From positions 5,947 to 69,946 of the forward strand of contig JBNPEE010000032.1 in NCBI GenBank assembly GCA_051117475.1: 64,000 nucleotides of DNA, in the 5' to 3' direction. This document shows, piece after piece, positions 1 through 8,909 of the stretch (within the stretch, counting starts at the first letter, position 1; every line of letters starts with the position of its first letter). The position numbers and the translations under genes were made by a program. Below the pieces are notes generated by a model. It saw only the letters and a program-made list of their open reading frames with translations. It did no database searches and was not told the origin of the DNA. This stretch comes from Anaerolineae bacterium (GTDB taxonomy: Bacteria > Chloroflexota > Anaerolineae > Aggregatilineales > Phototrophicaceae).

Positions 1-11
1 TGTCACAGATC

Positions 12-449
12 ATGACGCGCACCACGAAAAAACAGAGCTTGCGCGATACAGTCGCCACCTTTGCACCGGCCTTTGTCCCGCTTGGCTTCGGTATCTGGAT
101 CGCCCATTATGCTTTTCACTTCTTGATTGCTCCGTTCTCGATCATTCCGATCTTGCAAGAGTTCTTCGGCGCATCTCAGGGCGATTGGGCGACATTCGGC
201 TTCCAGATTGATCTGGGTGTGATCGGCTTCTTGCAGGTGGTGGTCTTGCTCGGTGGCTTTTTGTGGAGCATGATGATCGCCTCGCGGGCATCGACGCGCC
301 TTTATGGCAAACGCCTGAGCTTCGGCGGGTTGATACCGTGGGCATTCATGTTACTGGTGTTGATGGTCGCCGCGTTTCAGGTGTTCACCTTACCGATGGA
401 AATGCGCGGCACAGAAGATATTTTCGCAATGTTGTCCACAGTCTGGTAA
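12..449 (+). CDS. small polytopic membrane protein of unknown function (possibly 5'-truncated by the window edge)
   Basis: The frame has no stop between the window edge and the ATG at 12. A K/R-rich N-terminus (MTRTTKKQSLR) is followed by 3-4 hydrophobic helices (FGIWIAHYAFHFLIAPF, GVIGFLQVVVLLGGFLWSMMI, LIPWAFMLLVLMVAAFQVF). No family recognised. Confidence 0.5.
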   Translation: MTRTTKKQSLRDTVATFAPAFVPLGFGIWIAHYAFHFLIAPFSIIPILQEFFGASQGDWATFGFQIDLGVIGFLQVVVLLGGFLWSMMIASRASTRLYGKRLSFGGLIPWAFMLLVLMVAAFQVFTLPMEMRGTEDIFAMLSTVW

Positions 450-458
450 GGATGAGTG

Positions 459-1271
459 ATGATCTACTTTGTGCATATCCCAAAAACAGCAGGTACTACC
501 ATTAGGGAGATTTTGCGCGGTATCTATGGTGATCGTTTTGCAAATGACACGCTAGAGACGGCGGATGATCGGATGCCGAGTGATGCGATCCTCAACGATT
601 TAGAAACACATTTAGCCGACATTGATGTCTACACGGCTCACATGCCGTTTGGCTTGCATGAGTACCTCGCACGTCCCTATCTTTATATGACCTTCGTACG
701 TGAGCCAGTTTCCCAGAATGTCTCACATTACAATTTTTTGTTGCGTGCAGGCGGTGATTTTGCGGCATACTTCACTGAACATGGTTTTGATGGCTATTTT
801 AGTGTGAATGGGGTAGCCTGGAACAACATGCAAACCCGCTTTTTAGCGGGACGCGATGCACTTTTCAAACCTGAATTAGACGATCATGATCTGCAACAGG
901 CACAACATAATCTGGAAACAGAGGTTGATCTGTTGGGTTTGGTGGAAGCCTTCGATGAATCGATTGTCTACTTTCAGCACGTGTTGAACTGGCCTGCGCC
1001 TTTCTATTTGCGCGTTAACCAATCATCTCGTTACAATCACCCAAAACTCATCACGAAATCTCAACTCACGCCCGCACAACGCGCACTGGTTCAAGCACGT
1101 AATCAGTATGATCTCGCGCTATATGAATTCGCACGGTCACTCTTTCAAGCGCGGATTGCGCAATTAGGTGATAATTTTCAGCGTGATGTACAGCGCTTCA
1201 AATGGCAGAATCGTTTGTACTATCTATGGCGAGTGAGTCGGAATAAGATACGAGGCATTCTCGAACACTAA
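459..1271 (+). CDS. sulfotransferase family protein
   Basis: The N-terminal motif VHIPKTAGTTIREIL resembles the PAPS 5'-phosphosulfate-binding loop of bacterial or carbohydrate sulfotransferase families. The ATG at 459 follows an in-frame GTG at 456 and has AGGA 6 nt upstream. Length is about 270 aa. Confidence 0.75.
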   Translation: MIYFVHIPKTAGTTIREILRGIYGDRFANDTLETADDRMPSDAILNDLETHLADIDVYTAHMPFGLHEYLARPYLYMTFVREPVSQNVSHYNFLLRAGGDFAAYFTEHGFDGYFSVNGVAWNNMQTRFLAGRDALFKPELDDHDLQQAQHNLETEVDLLGLVEAFDESIVYFQHVLNWPAPFYLRVNQSSRYNHPKLITKSQLTPAQRALVQARNQYDLALYEFARSLFQARIAQLGDNFQRDVQRFKWQNRLYYLWRVSRNKIRGILEH

Positions 1272-3328
1272 TTCGTGCTATCAAGTGTGCCGATGACAAT
1301 CGCTCCTGCGCCGTCAACGGTGGTGTAATTGGTCAGCGTCGTGAAATCATACCAACCGATGCGGATGGTGTAAGAGCCGTTTGTCAGCGCTTGGGCGTTG
1401 AAGCGGATGAGTTCGGTGCGCACATCGCCTTCAAAGAGGTTGGCGGGCGCGGTGTCATCCTGTGCCACAATCTCGCCCGTTTCATCGACCAGATGCACGA
1501 AGCGCACGTCGGTATCAGGGCGGGTGCTGTCGAATTGCCACTGTAACCACACGTAGATGCGCTCATCCCACTGATACACTCCCTGACCAATCAGCGTCAT
1601 ATCGCCGGAGAGCGTGATGAGGGGGCGGTTATATGCATAGCTCAGCGTGGAACTTGGTGCGCTCGTCGGCGGGGTGACACGATAGATCGCAATCCGTTCA
1701 TCCTGATAGAGCGGCGCACCAAATTGTGCTTCGGCGCGTTGGCTCAGCGTCGCTAATTCGCCGATTTCATCAGCGCGTTGGCGATGCAAGATCACCACAT
1801 CGGCACCGGCTTGTGTCAGCAAATGCGGATCAAGTGTGCCCTGTAGCATCGCCAGCATCGCTGGATTGACCGGTGTAGTGCGCGTCAGTTGTCCGGCAAT
1901 CAAGGGTTGCTGATGCCCCGTCTGTAAAAATAGCGCATCCTTTGCACCCAGCGCGTGCTGATAGGGGATATTGAACACCGCTCGCACGCTCGTATCGGCT
2001 TGTAAATCGTGTACAGCATCGGGGATGTATGCCGTGCGTAAGGGTTGCCCATCAAATGATTGATATTCCCACACAATACCCACTATCAGCAACCCTATCA
2101 CCCCATAACGCCAGCTGCCTGAACGCCTCTGCCATAGCCACGTTACACCATAGCCGACCAGTACCGCCAGCGCAATCGCCAGCGCAAAGTTGAAGCGTGC
2201 CGGCGTGCGAGCCAGACTGAATCCTGGCAAGCCTTGTAAGAGCGTAAACGGTAGCGGGATCGTCGCGCCGTTGATCGTCAACGGTTGATCGAACACTTTT
2301 AGCACCGGCCCCAGCGAGAGTATCCACGCGATCCCCGCCAGCACCGCCCACCACCGCGCCCGTCTCTGTGTACCGAGCGCAATCAGGGCAAGTGCGGTGC
2401 TGATGATGCCCAGATACGCTAAGCCTTCACCGAGATTGGTGCCGAGCACAGCGCGCGGATAAGCCAATAAATCGCCCAGCACCGGATGCAAGAACGACGG
2501 TGAGACCACCGCGAGCGAGTCAGCGCTATAACGCACAAAGCCGCCAGTGCTGGTATAACTGGCTTCACCGGTGGCTTCGAGGATAGCAGGCAAGAGCGCC
2601 ACCCCCAGCACCCCTGCCGACAGCATGCCCATACCCAGCACGCGGCGCACGCTTCGCCAATCTCTCTGCCACAGCTTACCCAGCAGAAACGCGCCTGTGA
2701 TCGGCATCAGCACGTAAATCGCCTGTAGAATATGACCGGTAGTGCTGATGTAGAAGAACAACACACACGCTAGCAACCAGCGCCACACCTGATCTTGTGC
2801 GTCGGTATAACGGAATAGTGCCCATAGGTATAACGGTGCACCCCACGCTACCATCAAGCCCCCGTGACCTTCCGCCAGATGCCCCTGAAACAGCGGAAAC
2901 GCCATGTAGACCATGCCGGCGACGATGCCCGCCACCGTCGCACCGTCATCAGTGGGGGCTAATAGTGACCGCACCAGAAAATACATTGACCACCCATTGA
3001 GTGCCATCCACACCAGCACGGTCAGGTTATATGCGATATGCAAGGGCAGGATGAACGCCAGCGCCCACATCGGGAAATATTGTAAGGGCACACTGAGGAA
3101 GATCAGCCCGTTGATACCGTCCGGATAACCCAACCACGTCTGATAAAAGAGCGGTTCGCCATTCTGGATGGCATACGCGAACCACCACACATGACGCGCC
3201 ATCTCGTAGGTATCGCCGGTATCACTGCCGATGAACTGCGTCATCAGCGCCTCTGGCATACGCCCGACGACAATCAGTGCAAGGCAAAAGTAAAAGAGGA
3301 TGACGAATAATGACCGGTATCGCGACAT
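1268..3328 (-). CDS. large polytopic membrane protein, GT-C-type glycosyltransferase-like (function unverified)
   Basis: 686-aa ORF. The first ~420 aa contain many hydrophobic helices. An early loop (GSDTGDTYEMARHVWWF) resembles the acidic first loop of GT-C or YfhO-like enzymes. The C-terminal ~250 aa look soluble. It converges on the sulfotransferase gene with a 4-nt overlap. Confidence 0.55.
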   Translation of the reverse strand: MSRYRSLFVILFYFCLALIVVGRMPEALMTQFIGSDTGDTYEMARHVWWFAYAIQNGEPLFYQTWLGYPDGINGLIFLSVPLQYFPMWALAFILPLHIAYNLTVLVWMALNGWSMYFLVRSLLAPTDDGATVAGIVAGMVYMAFPLFQGHLAEGHGGLMVAWGAPLYLWALFRYTDAQDQVWRWLLACVLFFYISTTGHILQAIYVLMPITGAFLLGKLWQRDWRSVRRVLGMGMLSAGVLGVALLPAILEATGEASYTSTGGFVRYSADSLAVVSPSFLHPVLGDLLAYPRAVLGTNLGEGLAYLGIISTALALIALGTQRRARWWAVLAGIAWILSLGPVLKVFDQPLTINGATIPLPFTLLQGLPGFSLARTPARFNFALAIALAVLVGYGVTWLWQRRSGSWRYGVIGLLIVGIVWEYQSFDGQPLRTAYIPDAVHDLQADTSVRAVFNIPYQHALGAKDALFLQTGHQQPLIAGQLTRTTPVNPAMLAMLQGTLDPHLLTQAGADVVILHRQRADEIGELATLSQRAEAQFGAPLYQDERIAIYRVTPPTSAPSSTLSYAYNRPLITLSGDMTLIGQGVYQWDERIYVWLQWQFDSTRPDTDVRFVHLVDETGEIVAQDDTAPANLFEGDVRTELIRFNAQALTNGSYTIRIGWYDFTTLTNYTTVDGAGAIVIGTLDSTN

Positions 3329-3439
3329 AGCACGCTCTAGCTTATCGGGTAGTGAACAAAGGTCTTTGATTGTAGCGGATTGCCCCTGTTATCTGTCAAG
3401 CGTACAATAGGCGCGTAGGTCACTATATGAGGATATACC

Positions 3440-3937
3440 ATGACACCTCCGATTAAAATTTACCGTCAGCATCGGCGCACCATGATGATGCGCCCCATGC
3501 CCGGTATGCTGGAAGTCTACATCCCGCACCAACTGCATGAAGATGATCCTCGCGTGCAAGATTTCATCGCGCAAGGCTTGAAAGAATTGCGCGACGAAGT
3601 CCCCGATGTGCCACCGACATTGACCCCGCGCTCACAGATTGAAGCGATGGTGCAGGATTATGCCACGCGCCTGAACGTGACCGCTAACCGCGTGCAATTC
3701 CGGCAGATGCGCCATAAATGGGGCAGTTGTAGCAATCGGGGCACGGTAACGCTCAACACGCGCCTGTCATGGCTCTCGCCTGATCTGGTGGCATACATCG
3801 TCTGTCATGAATTGGCGCACCTGATCGAATTCAATCACAGTGAAGCATTCTGGGCGCTCATGGCGCACCACATGCCCGATTATCAGGCACGCCTGCAAGA
3901 ACTGCGTCGCGTTGAGCGCAATATGGTGGCGTGGTGA
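3440..3937 (+). CDS. YgjP-like (DUF45/SprT-like) zinc metallopeptidase family protein
   Basis: HELAHLIEFNHSEAFWALM contains the HExxH...H zinc motif. The preceding KWGSCSNRGTVTLNTRL segment is typical of the DUF45/YgjP family. Confidence 0.8.
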   Translation: MTPPIKIYRQHRRTMMMRPMPGMLEVYIPHQLHEDDPRVQDFIAQGLKELRDEVPDVPPTLTPRSQIEAMVQDYATRLNVTANRVQFRQMRHKWGSCSNRGTVTLNTRLSWLSPDLVAYIVCHELAHLIEFNHSEAFWALMAHHMPDYQARLQELRRVERNMVAW

Positions 3938-3940
3938 TGA

Positions 3941-5029
3941 CTAAATCTGCTTGAGACCATTGCCTGTCAGGCAACAGACCACCCGCGCATCAGTGCCCAG
4001 ATGGGTCATGATCTGAGGCAAGCCCGCCACCGTTACCGCGCTGGTATGCTCAACAATCAGACCGCGTTTTGCGAGTGCTTGCCGTGCCTGTAGAATCGCA
4101 TCTTCGGTGACACGCACCGCACCCCCACCTGTCTCACGGATTGTTGTCAGCACTTCTTGCCCGCGCACCGGTTGATTGACCATGATGCCATCGGCGACGG
4201 TGCGCCCACGTTCATCGACGCGGGGCGGGGTGTCTGCATCTTGTTCATAGCCCTGCACCACCGGATCTATCATCTCGGATTGTACGGCAAACATCTTCGG
4301 CATCTGATGGATCAATCCAGCTTCTCTCAACAGGCGGAACCCGCGTGCAATCCCCAGAAACAGCGCCCCATGCCCGACAGGGGTCACGATCGCATCGGGG
4401 AAGTGAGGCAGGGTTTGCTCCCAGATTTCAAAACCGGCGGTGATCTGCCCCAGCAAGAAGAACGGGCTCCAGGCATGGCTGGCATAGGTGGTGCTTTGTG
4501 CGGCTTCGTGACAGGCATCAGTTTTGGCATGTTGAGCGCCCGCGACTTCTTCCAGCGTACCGCCAAACGCTTGAATCAGCGCCTTCTTGGACTCAGCCCC
4601 GTTAGCTGGCACAAAAATGCGCGATTGTATGCCCAGCGCACTGGCATAAGCCGCCACCGATGCGCCCGCATTGCCGGATGAATCGTCGATCACTTCCGGC
4701 ACATCATAGGACGCGATATGGTTCATGATCGTGGTTGTGCCCCGATCTTTATAAGAACCTGTCGGGTTCAAGTATTCCAGTTTGGCAAGCATGTCATAGC
4801 CGTTGACCTGAGTGCTGACCAGCGGTGTCATGCCTTCGCCTAGCGTGACGTGACGCTCCAAGCCTAACCATGCCCGATAGCGCCACAGCGTTGTATCTCC
4901 CATGTCGATCATCTCGCTGGAGAAGGCAGGCAATTCGGCAAAATCGAGTATGCCGCCGCACCGCTGACAACGCCAGTCGAGCGGTTCGGCAATCTCACCA
5001 CATGCGCTACACACAATTGTATGGCTCAC
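3941..5029 (-). CDS. thrC: threonine synthase-like PLP-dependent enzyme (short form with N-terminal Cys4 zinc ribbon)
   Basis: It carries the PLP-lysine motif NPTGSYKDRGTT, the LWRY..LGEGMTPL segment and a DDSSGNAGASVAAYA glycine-rich loop. The N-terminus has CSAC...CQRC. Length is 362 aa. Confidence 0.8.
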   Translation of the reverse strand: MSHTIVCSACGEIAEPLDWRCQRCGGILDFAELPAFSSEMIDMGDTTLWRYRAWLGLERHVTLGEGMTPLVSTQVNGYDMLAKLEYLNPTGSYKDRGTTTIMNHIASYDVPEVIDDSSGNAGASVAAYASALGIQSRIFVPANGAESKKALIQAFGGTLEEVAGAQHAKTDACHEAAQSTTYASHAWSPFFLLGQITAGFEIWEQTLPHFPDAIVTPVGHGALFLGIARGFRLLREAGLIHQMPKMFAVQSEMIDPVVQGYEQDADTPPRVDERGRTVADGIMVNQPVRGQEVLTTIRETGGGAVRVTEDAILQARQALAKRGLIVEHTSAVTVAGLPQIMTHLGTDARVVCCLTGNGLKQI

Positions 5030-5177
5030 AATCTCTCATCCTCTGTCTGTGGTTAATTGTCGTTCAATCATACCGAATCCTGCCACATTTGAACAAAAAC
5101 TGTGCTTGTCGGAGAGGATCTCCATCGGTATCATGAGAGGACTCATTCGTCATCACTGATAAGGACTGAACAACTCT

Positions 5178-5945
5178 ATGAACTTATACTCGTGGAATGT
5201 AAACGGGGTTCGTGCTATTGAGAAAAAAGGCTTTCTCGATTGGCTTCAGAACACCCAACCCGATATTTTAGGCGTGCAAGAGACCAAAGCCCATCCCGAT
5301 CAACTGAGCGATGCTCTGCTCAAGCCGGAAGGTTACTATACGTATTGGGCAGCTGCCGAGAAGAAGGGCTATAGCGGTGTGGCGCTCTACACGCGCACCG
5401 AACCCCGCGATGTGCAGATAGGGCTGGGCATTGAGGAGTTCGACGCAGAAGGGCGCACCATCATCGCTGAATACGATGATTTTATGTACGTGACAACTTA
5501 CGTGCCCAGCGCCAGCAAAGGCGTGGATTTTGTGCCGTATAAGCTCAATTACTTTCAGGCATTATTGGATCGTTGTAATGGCTGGCGTGCTGAGGGGAAA
5601 TCGGTGATTGTGTGTGGCGACATCAATATCTCACACAAAGAAATAGATCTCGCCCGTCCGGATAGCAACCATAAAACAACGGGTTTCCTGCTGGAAGAAC
5701 GCGCGTTTCTCGATAAAGTGTTCAATGAAGAAGGTTATGTTGATAGTTACCGCCATTTCTACCCCGATCAAACCGATGCTTATAGCTGGTGGTCGTATCG
5801 TGGGGGCGCACGCTCGCGCAATGTGGGGTGGCGTTTGGATTATTTCATCGTGTCGCCCGATGTCACAGAGCGCATGAGCGCCGCGACAATTCATACCGAT
5901 ATCATGGGTAGCGATCACTGTCCGGTGAGCATCACATTGAGCTGA
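5178..5945 (+). CDS. xth: exodeoxyribonuclease III (AP endonuclease)
   Basis: MNLYSWNVNGVRA...DILGVQETK, the C-terminal GSDHCPV motif and the 255-aa length are all canonical for ExoIII/Xth. Confidence 0.92.
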   Translation: MNLYSWNVNGVRAIEKKGFLDWLQNTQPDILGVQETKAHPDQLSDALLKPEGYYTYWAAAEKKGYSGVALYTRTEPRDVQIGLGIEEFDAEGRTIIAEYDDFMYVTTYVPSASKGVDFVPYKLNYFQALLDRCNGWRAEGKSVIVCGDINISHKEIDLARPDSNHKTTGFLLEERAFLDKVFNEEGYVDSYRHFYPDQTDAYSWWSYRGGARSRNVGWRLDYFIVSPDVTERMSAATIHTDIMGSDHCPVSITLS

Positions 5946-5951
5946 GGGGTA

Positions 5952-7169
5952 TCACTCATCCTTGTCGTGCAATTCCGGCGGGATGGTGATCTCTTGCTGA
6001 TTGTTCGCGGGGCGCGTTTCGGCGGTAGGATCAATGATCTCAAGATTATCCAGCACCTGCTGTGATTTGCTGATTGGAAATGGATCTAAACCGCCGATTT
6101 GTGCGCCCATCATCTTCTGGATGGCCAGCAGTTCTTGTGTGGTGATCGAACCCATCGTGTTTTCGAGGTTGTCGGTTTCTTGCGTGCCGAAAGCGCGATG
6201 AAAGGCAATGCGCTGAAACTGCACGCTAGACATATTCGCCACAATCAGCGCGTTGGGGTTGAAGCCATGAGGTAAGAAATCTCTCTGACGAATCAGCAAA
6301 ATGCTCAACAATAAAAGTGCCACCCCTGCCCATTGACCCAGCGTGAGTGAATCCCCAAGGAAGATGAATGCCAGCACGAGCGCTACACCAATTTCTGCCG
6401 CCGCCATAATTGCAGTCTGCATCCCACCTAAGATTTTGACGCTGGCGAACATCGCCAGGCGTGAGAGTGCTGTCGTCACCCCCAATACTACAATGGCAAT
6501 CCCCGCTTGTTGAAATTCGATCTGGCTCATATCAGGCGCAACCGCCAACCAGACCATCGTCACGACCACGCCCATTGTGCTTAGGATATAAAGCGCGGCA
6601 GTCGGGGCAGGCATCTCAAATAACACATATTGACTGAGGATCACCGTCCCTGCGAACATCAGCGCATTCGCTAGCATAAAGCCCACGCCCACCCAATTGA
6701 TGCCGGACGCACTCAAACCGGTGATCATCACCAGTGCGGTGAGCGCCATCATCACGCGCACGGTGGTGCGGATGTCGGTCTTTTGTCCGCCAATCCGTGA
6801 GAGCAAGACCGCGAATGCCAGATACACCCCGTTGATGAGCTGTACCAGCGAGGCATCCAGTTGTTGCAAGCCACCATAATAAAATAATGAGCCGATGCCG
6901 TTGATCGTGCCAATGACCACACAGCCCATCAAACCTGCCGGATAGATGAAAATATATTTGCGGAAGAACAGCGCATAACCGATCCACAACAGCACTACCG
7001 CAACCATCGTGCGCAAGGCGGCTACGGTGAAAGGGTCTGCTTGTGCATCGATTGCGAATTTGCCGAGTACCGGAGCCATCCCCAGAAAGATTGGCGTAGC
7101 AAAAGCGGCAATCACGCCACTCGTGCTAACTGTTGATTTGCTGTGTGCCATCGGTGCGGATTGTCTCAT
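5952..7169 (-). CDS. EamA/DMT-family transporter with ~100-aa hydrophilic C-terminal extension
   Basis: About ten hydrophobic helices are arranged as two EamA-like halves over roughly the first 300 aa. A polar tail follows (QRDFLPHGFNPN...ITIPPELHDKDE). It lies 64 nt downstream of the ThrC-REC gene on the same strand. Confidence 0.75.
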   Translation of the reverse strand: MRQSAPMAHSKSTVSTSGVIAAFATPIFLGMAPVLGKFAIDAQADPFTVAALRTMVAVVLLWIGYALFFRKYIFIYPAGLMGCVVIGTINGIGSLFYYGGLQQLDASLVQLINGVYLAFAVLLSRIGGQKTDIRTTVRVMMALTALVMITGLSASGINWVGVGFMLANALMFAGTVILSQYVLFEMPAPTAALYILSTMGVVVTMVWLAVAPDMSQIEFQQAGIAIVVLGVTTALSRLAMFASVKILGGMQTAIMAAAEIGVALVLAFIFLGDSLTLGQWAGVALLLLSILLIRQRDFLPHGFNPNALIVANMSSVQFQRIAFHRAFGTQETDNLENTMGSITTQELLAIQKMMGAQIGGLDPFPISKSQQVLDNLEIIDPTAETRPANNQQEITIPPELHDKDE

Positions 7170-7233
7170 CGGTCTTGTTGTTCGTTTATACTTGCGTCAA
7201 TATACCCTCTATCATAATGTATCATGATTGATC

Positions 7234-8901
7234 TCACTTCATCTTGTGGATCAGCGTATCGACGAACGCATCATCGACGAATGACCCTTTCTGTAACATC
7301 AGGTCTGTATGCGTCTCTAAGAAATCTTTCTCACGAGCGGTCAAATCTTTGGCAGAGACAACCACAATCGGGATCGCACGTAAGCGTTCGTCGGTGCGCA
7401 TGGTCTCAATCACCGTGAAACCGTCCACATCGGGCATCATCAAATCGGTGATCACCAGATCGGGTGTGATTTCGCGGATAATTTCCAAACCTGCCGCGCC
7501 ATTGTGTGCCAGATAAACTTCGCTATTTTTGCGTGATTCGAGAATACGGCTCATCAAGCGGGCGGCGTTCTCGTTATCTTCGATGACCACCACGCGCCGC
7601 AACGGCCCCTCAATCGAGCCGACGGCATCGTGCAATGCGGCTTCCGGCACAGGAGCAGCCGTTGCAGCAGCGGATAAATCAACGGTGCGTTGCCACTTCT
7701 CACCGAGAATTTGCTTCTCAACAGGTAATGTGTGCCCTGAGCAATTGACCACCACAACATCATTCGGCTTAATGAGGCCCTTGCGCACCATGCGGATTAG
7801 TCCCGCGAAGGTCACGCCGGTTGCTGGCTCAACTGAGATGCCATCCAACCGCGCCAACAGGCGAATGGCGTTGAAGGCTTCTTCATCGCTTGCGGCTTCA
7901 AAGTGCCCGCCGTTCTCCTGGACGTAATCATACAGGATTTCATAGGCGCGTCCGGGATTGCCGGTTGCCAGCGTGACGATCACTGAATCCGAATTTTCGA
8001 GCGGGGTGGCAACCCGTTGGCCGCGTGCATAGGCTTCGACCATCGGCGCACAGCCTGCTGATTGGATCATACCGTATGCTGGCTTTGTGTCGATCAAGCC
8101 GAATTCGTGCATCTCACGGAAACCTTTCGCCAGCCCAATTGGCCCCAGACCGCCCGAAACACCCTGCAAGAACCAATCCGGTGCACGCCAGCGTTCGCCA
8201 TTCTCCAGCTCTGCACCCAATTGCTCGGCGATCTCATACGCCATGGTCTTCATCGCTTCAGTGGCGGCGATGCTTTTGATGCCCTTATCGAGGAACAATC
8301 CCTTGTTGCGGGCGAAGTTCGCCGCCAGCTCTTTGGTCTGGTCATAGGTGCCAGTGGTCTTGATGATCTCCGCGCCGTAAATCGCTGCCTCACGCATCTT
8401 ATCGTTAGGGGTGAGTGCCGGGAAAAATGCCCACAGATGCATCCCTGCCCGCGCTCCATATGCCGCGTAGGCAATAGCCACGTTGCCCGTACTAGCCACG
8501 ACCACCTCATCAATGCCCATCTCTTTCAGTGCAGTGATGGCTACTGTTGCCTGCCGATCTTTGAAGCTACCTGTTGGCCCCTGACGTTCGTCTTTGATAT
8601 ACAGGTTGTTCAAGCCAAGGCTTGCCGCTAGATGCTCGCTCTTGATGAGTGGCGTACCGCCTTCGCCCATCGAGACCACGTTGCTCATATCGTAAATTGG
8701 TAACACTTCGTGATAACGCCACAGCGTATCCGGGCGGTTTTTGAGATCAATCAACCATTGCTGAACGTCGATTTGATCGAGGTTATACCGCGCCTCCATG
8801 ATGGTGTCGCCACACGCCGGACAAGCCCCCGTGAAGCCCTTAAAATCAGTGATGGTATGGCAGTTGGTGCATTCCAACAGAATTTGTTGCTTTTGCGTCA
8901 T
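7234..8901 (-). CDS. threonine synthase-like PLP enzyme fused to a C-terminal response-regulator receiver domain
   Basis: The N-terminus has a Cys4 ribbon (CTNC...CPAC), followed by LWRYHEVLP, GEGGTPL, the PLP-lysine motif GPTGSFKDRQATV and ASTGNVAIAYAAY. The last ~121 aa (nt ~7237-7599) form a CheY-like receiver: VVVIEDNE, DLVITDLMMPDVDG, IVVVSAKD, LQKG. The start is 8 nt after the stop of the giant kinase. Confidence 0.88.
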   Translation of the reverse strand: MTQKQQILLECTNCHTITDFKGFTGACPACGDTIMEARYNLDQIDVQQWLIDLKNRPDTLWRYHEVLPIYDMSNVVSMGEGGTPLIKSEHLAASLGLNNLYIKDERQGPTGSFKDRQATVAITALKEMGIDEVVVASTGNVAIAYAAYGARAGMHLWAFFPALTPNDKMREAAIYGAEIIKTTGTYDQTKELAANFARNKGLFLDKGIKSIAATEAMKTMAYEIAEQLGAELENGERWRAPDWFLQGVSGGLGPIGLAKGFREMHEFGLIDTKPAYGMIQSAGCAPMVEAYARGQRVATPLENSDSVIVTLATGNPGRAYEILYDYVQENGGHFEAASDEEAFNAIRLLARLDGISVEPATGVTFAGLIRMVRKGLIKPNDVVVVNCSGHTLPVEKQILGEKWQRTVDLSAAATAAPVPEAALHDAVGSIEGPLRRVVVIEDNENAARLMSRILESRKNSEVYLAHNGAAGLEIIREITPDLVITDLMMPDVDGFTVIETMRTDERLRAIPIVVVSAKDLTAREKDFLETHTDLMLQKGSFVDDAFVDTLIHKMK

Positions 8902-8909
8902 GTTGTGTC

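Noticed and set aside
8062-8631. Long antisense or shadow ORFs inside real genes. Examples are 8062-8631 (+, 189 aa), 4157-4681 (+, 174 aa), 18258-18698 (+), 7529-7927 (+), 6616-6987 (-), 51029-51433 (+) and 55926-56252 (-), with many 60-130-aa ORFs in the track besides.
   Set aside because: Each lies entirely within a longer ORF on the opposite strand or another frame that has clear family motifs. Their translations are Arg/Ser/Cys/Pro-rich with no recognisable motifs, as expected for shadow frames.
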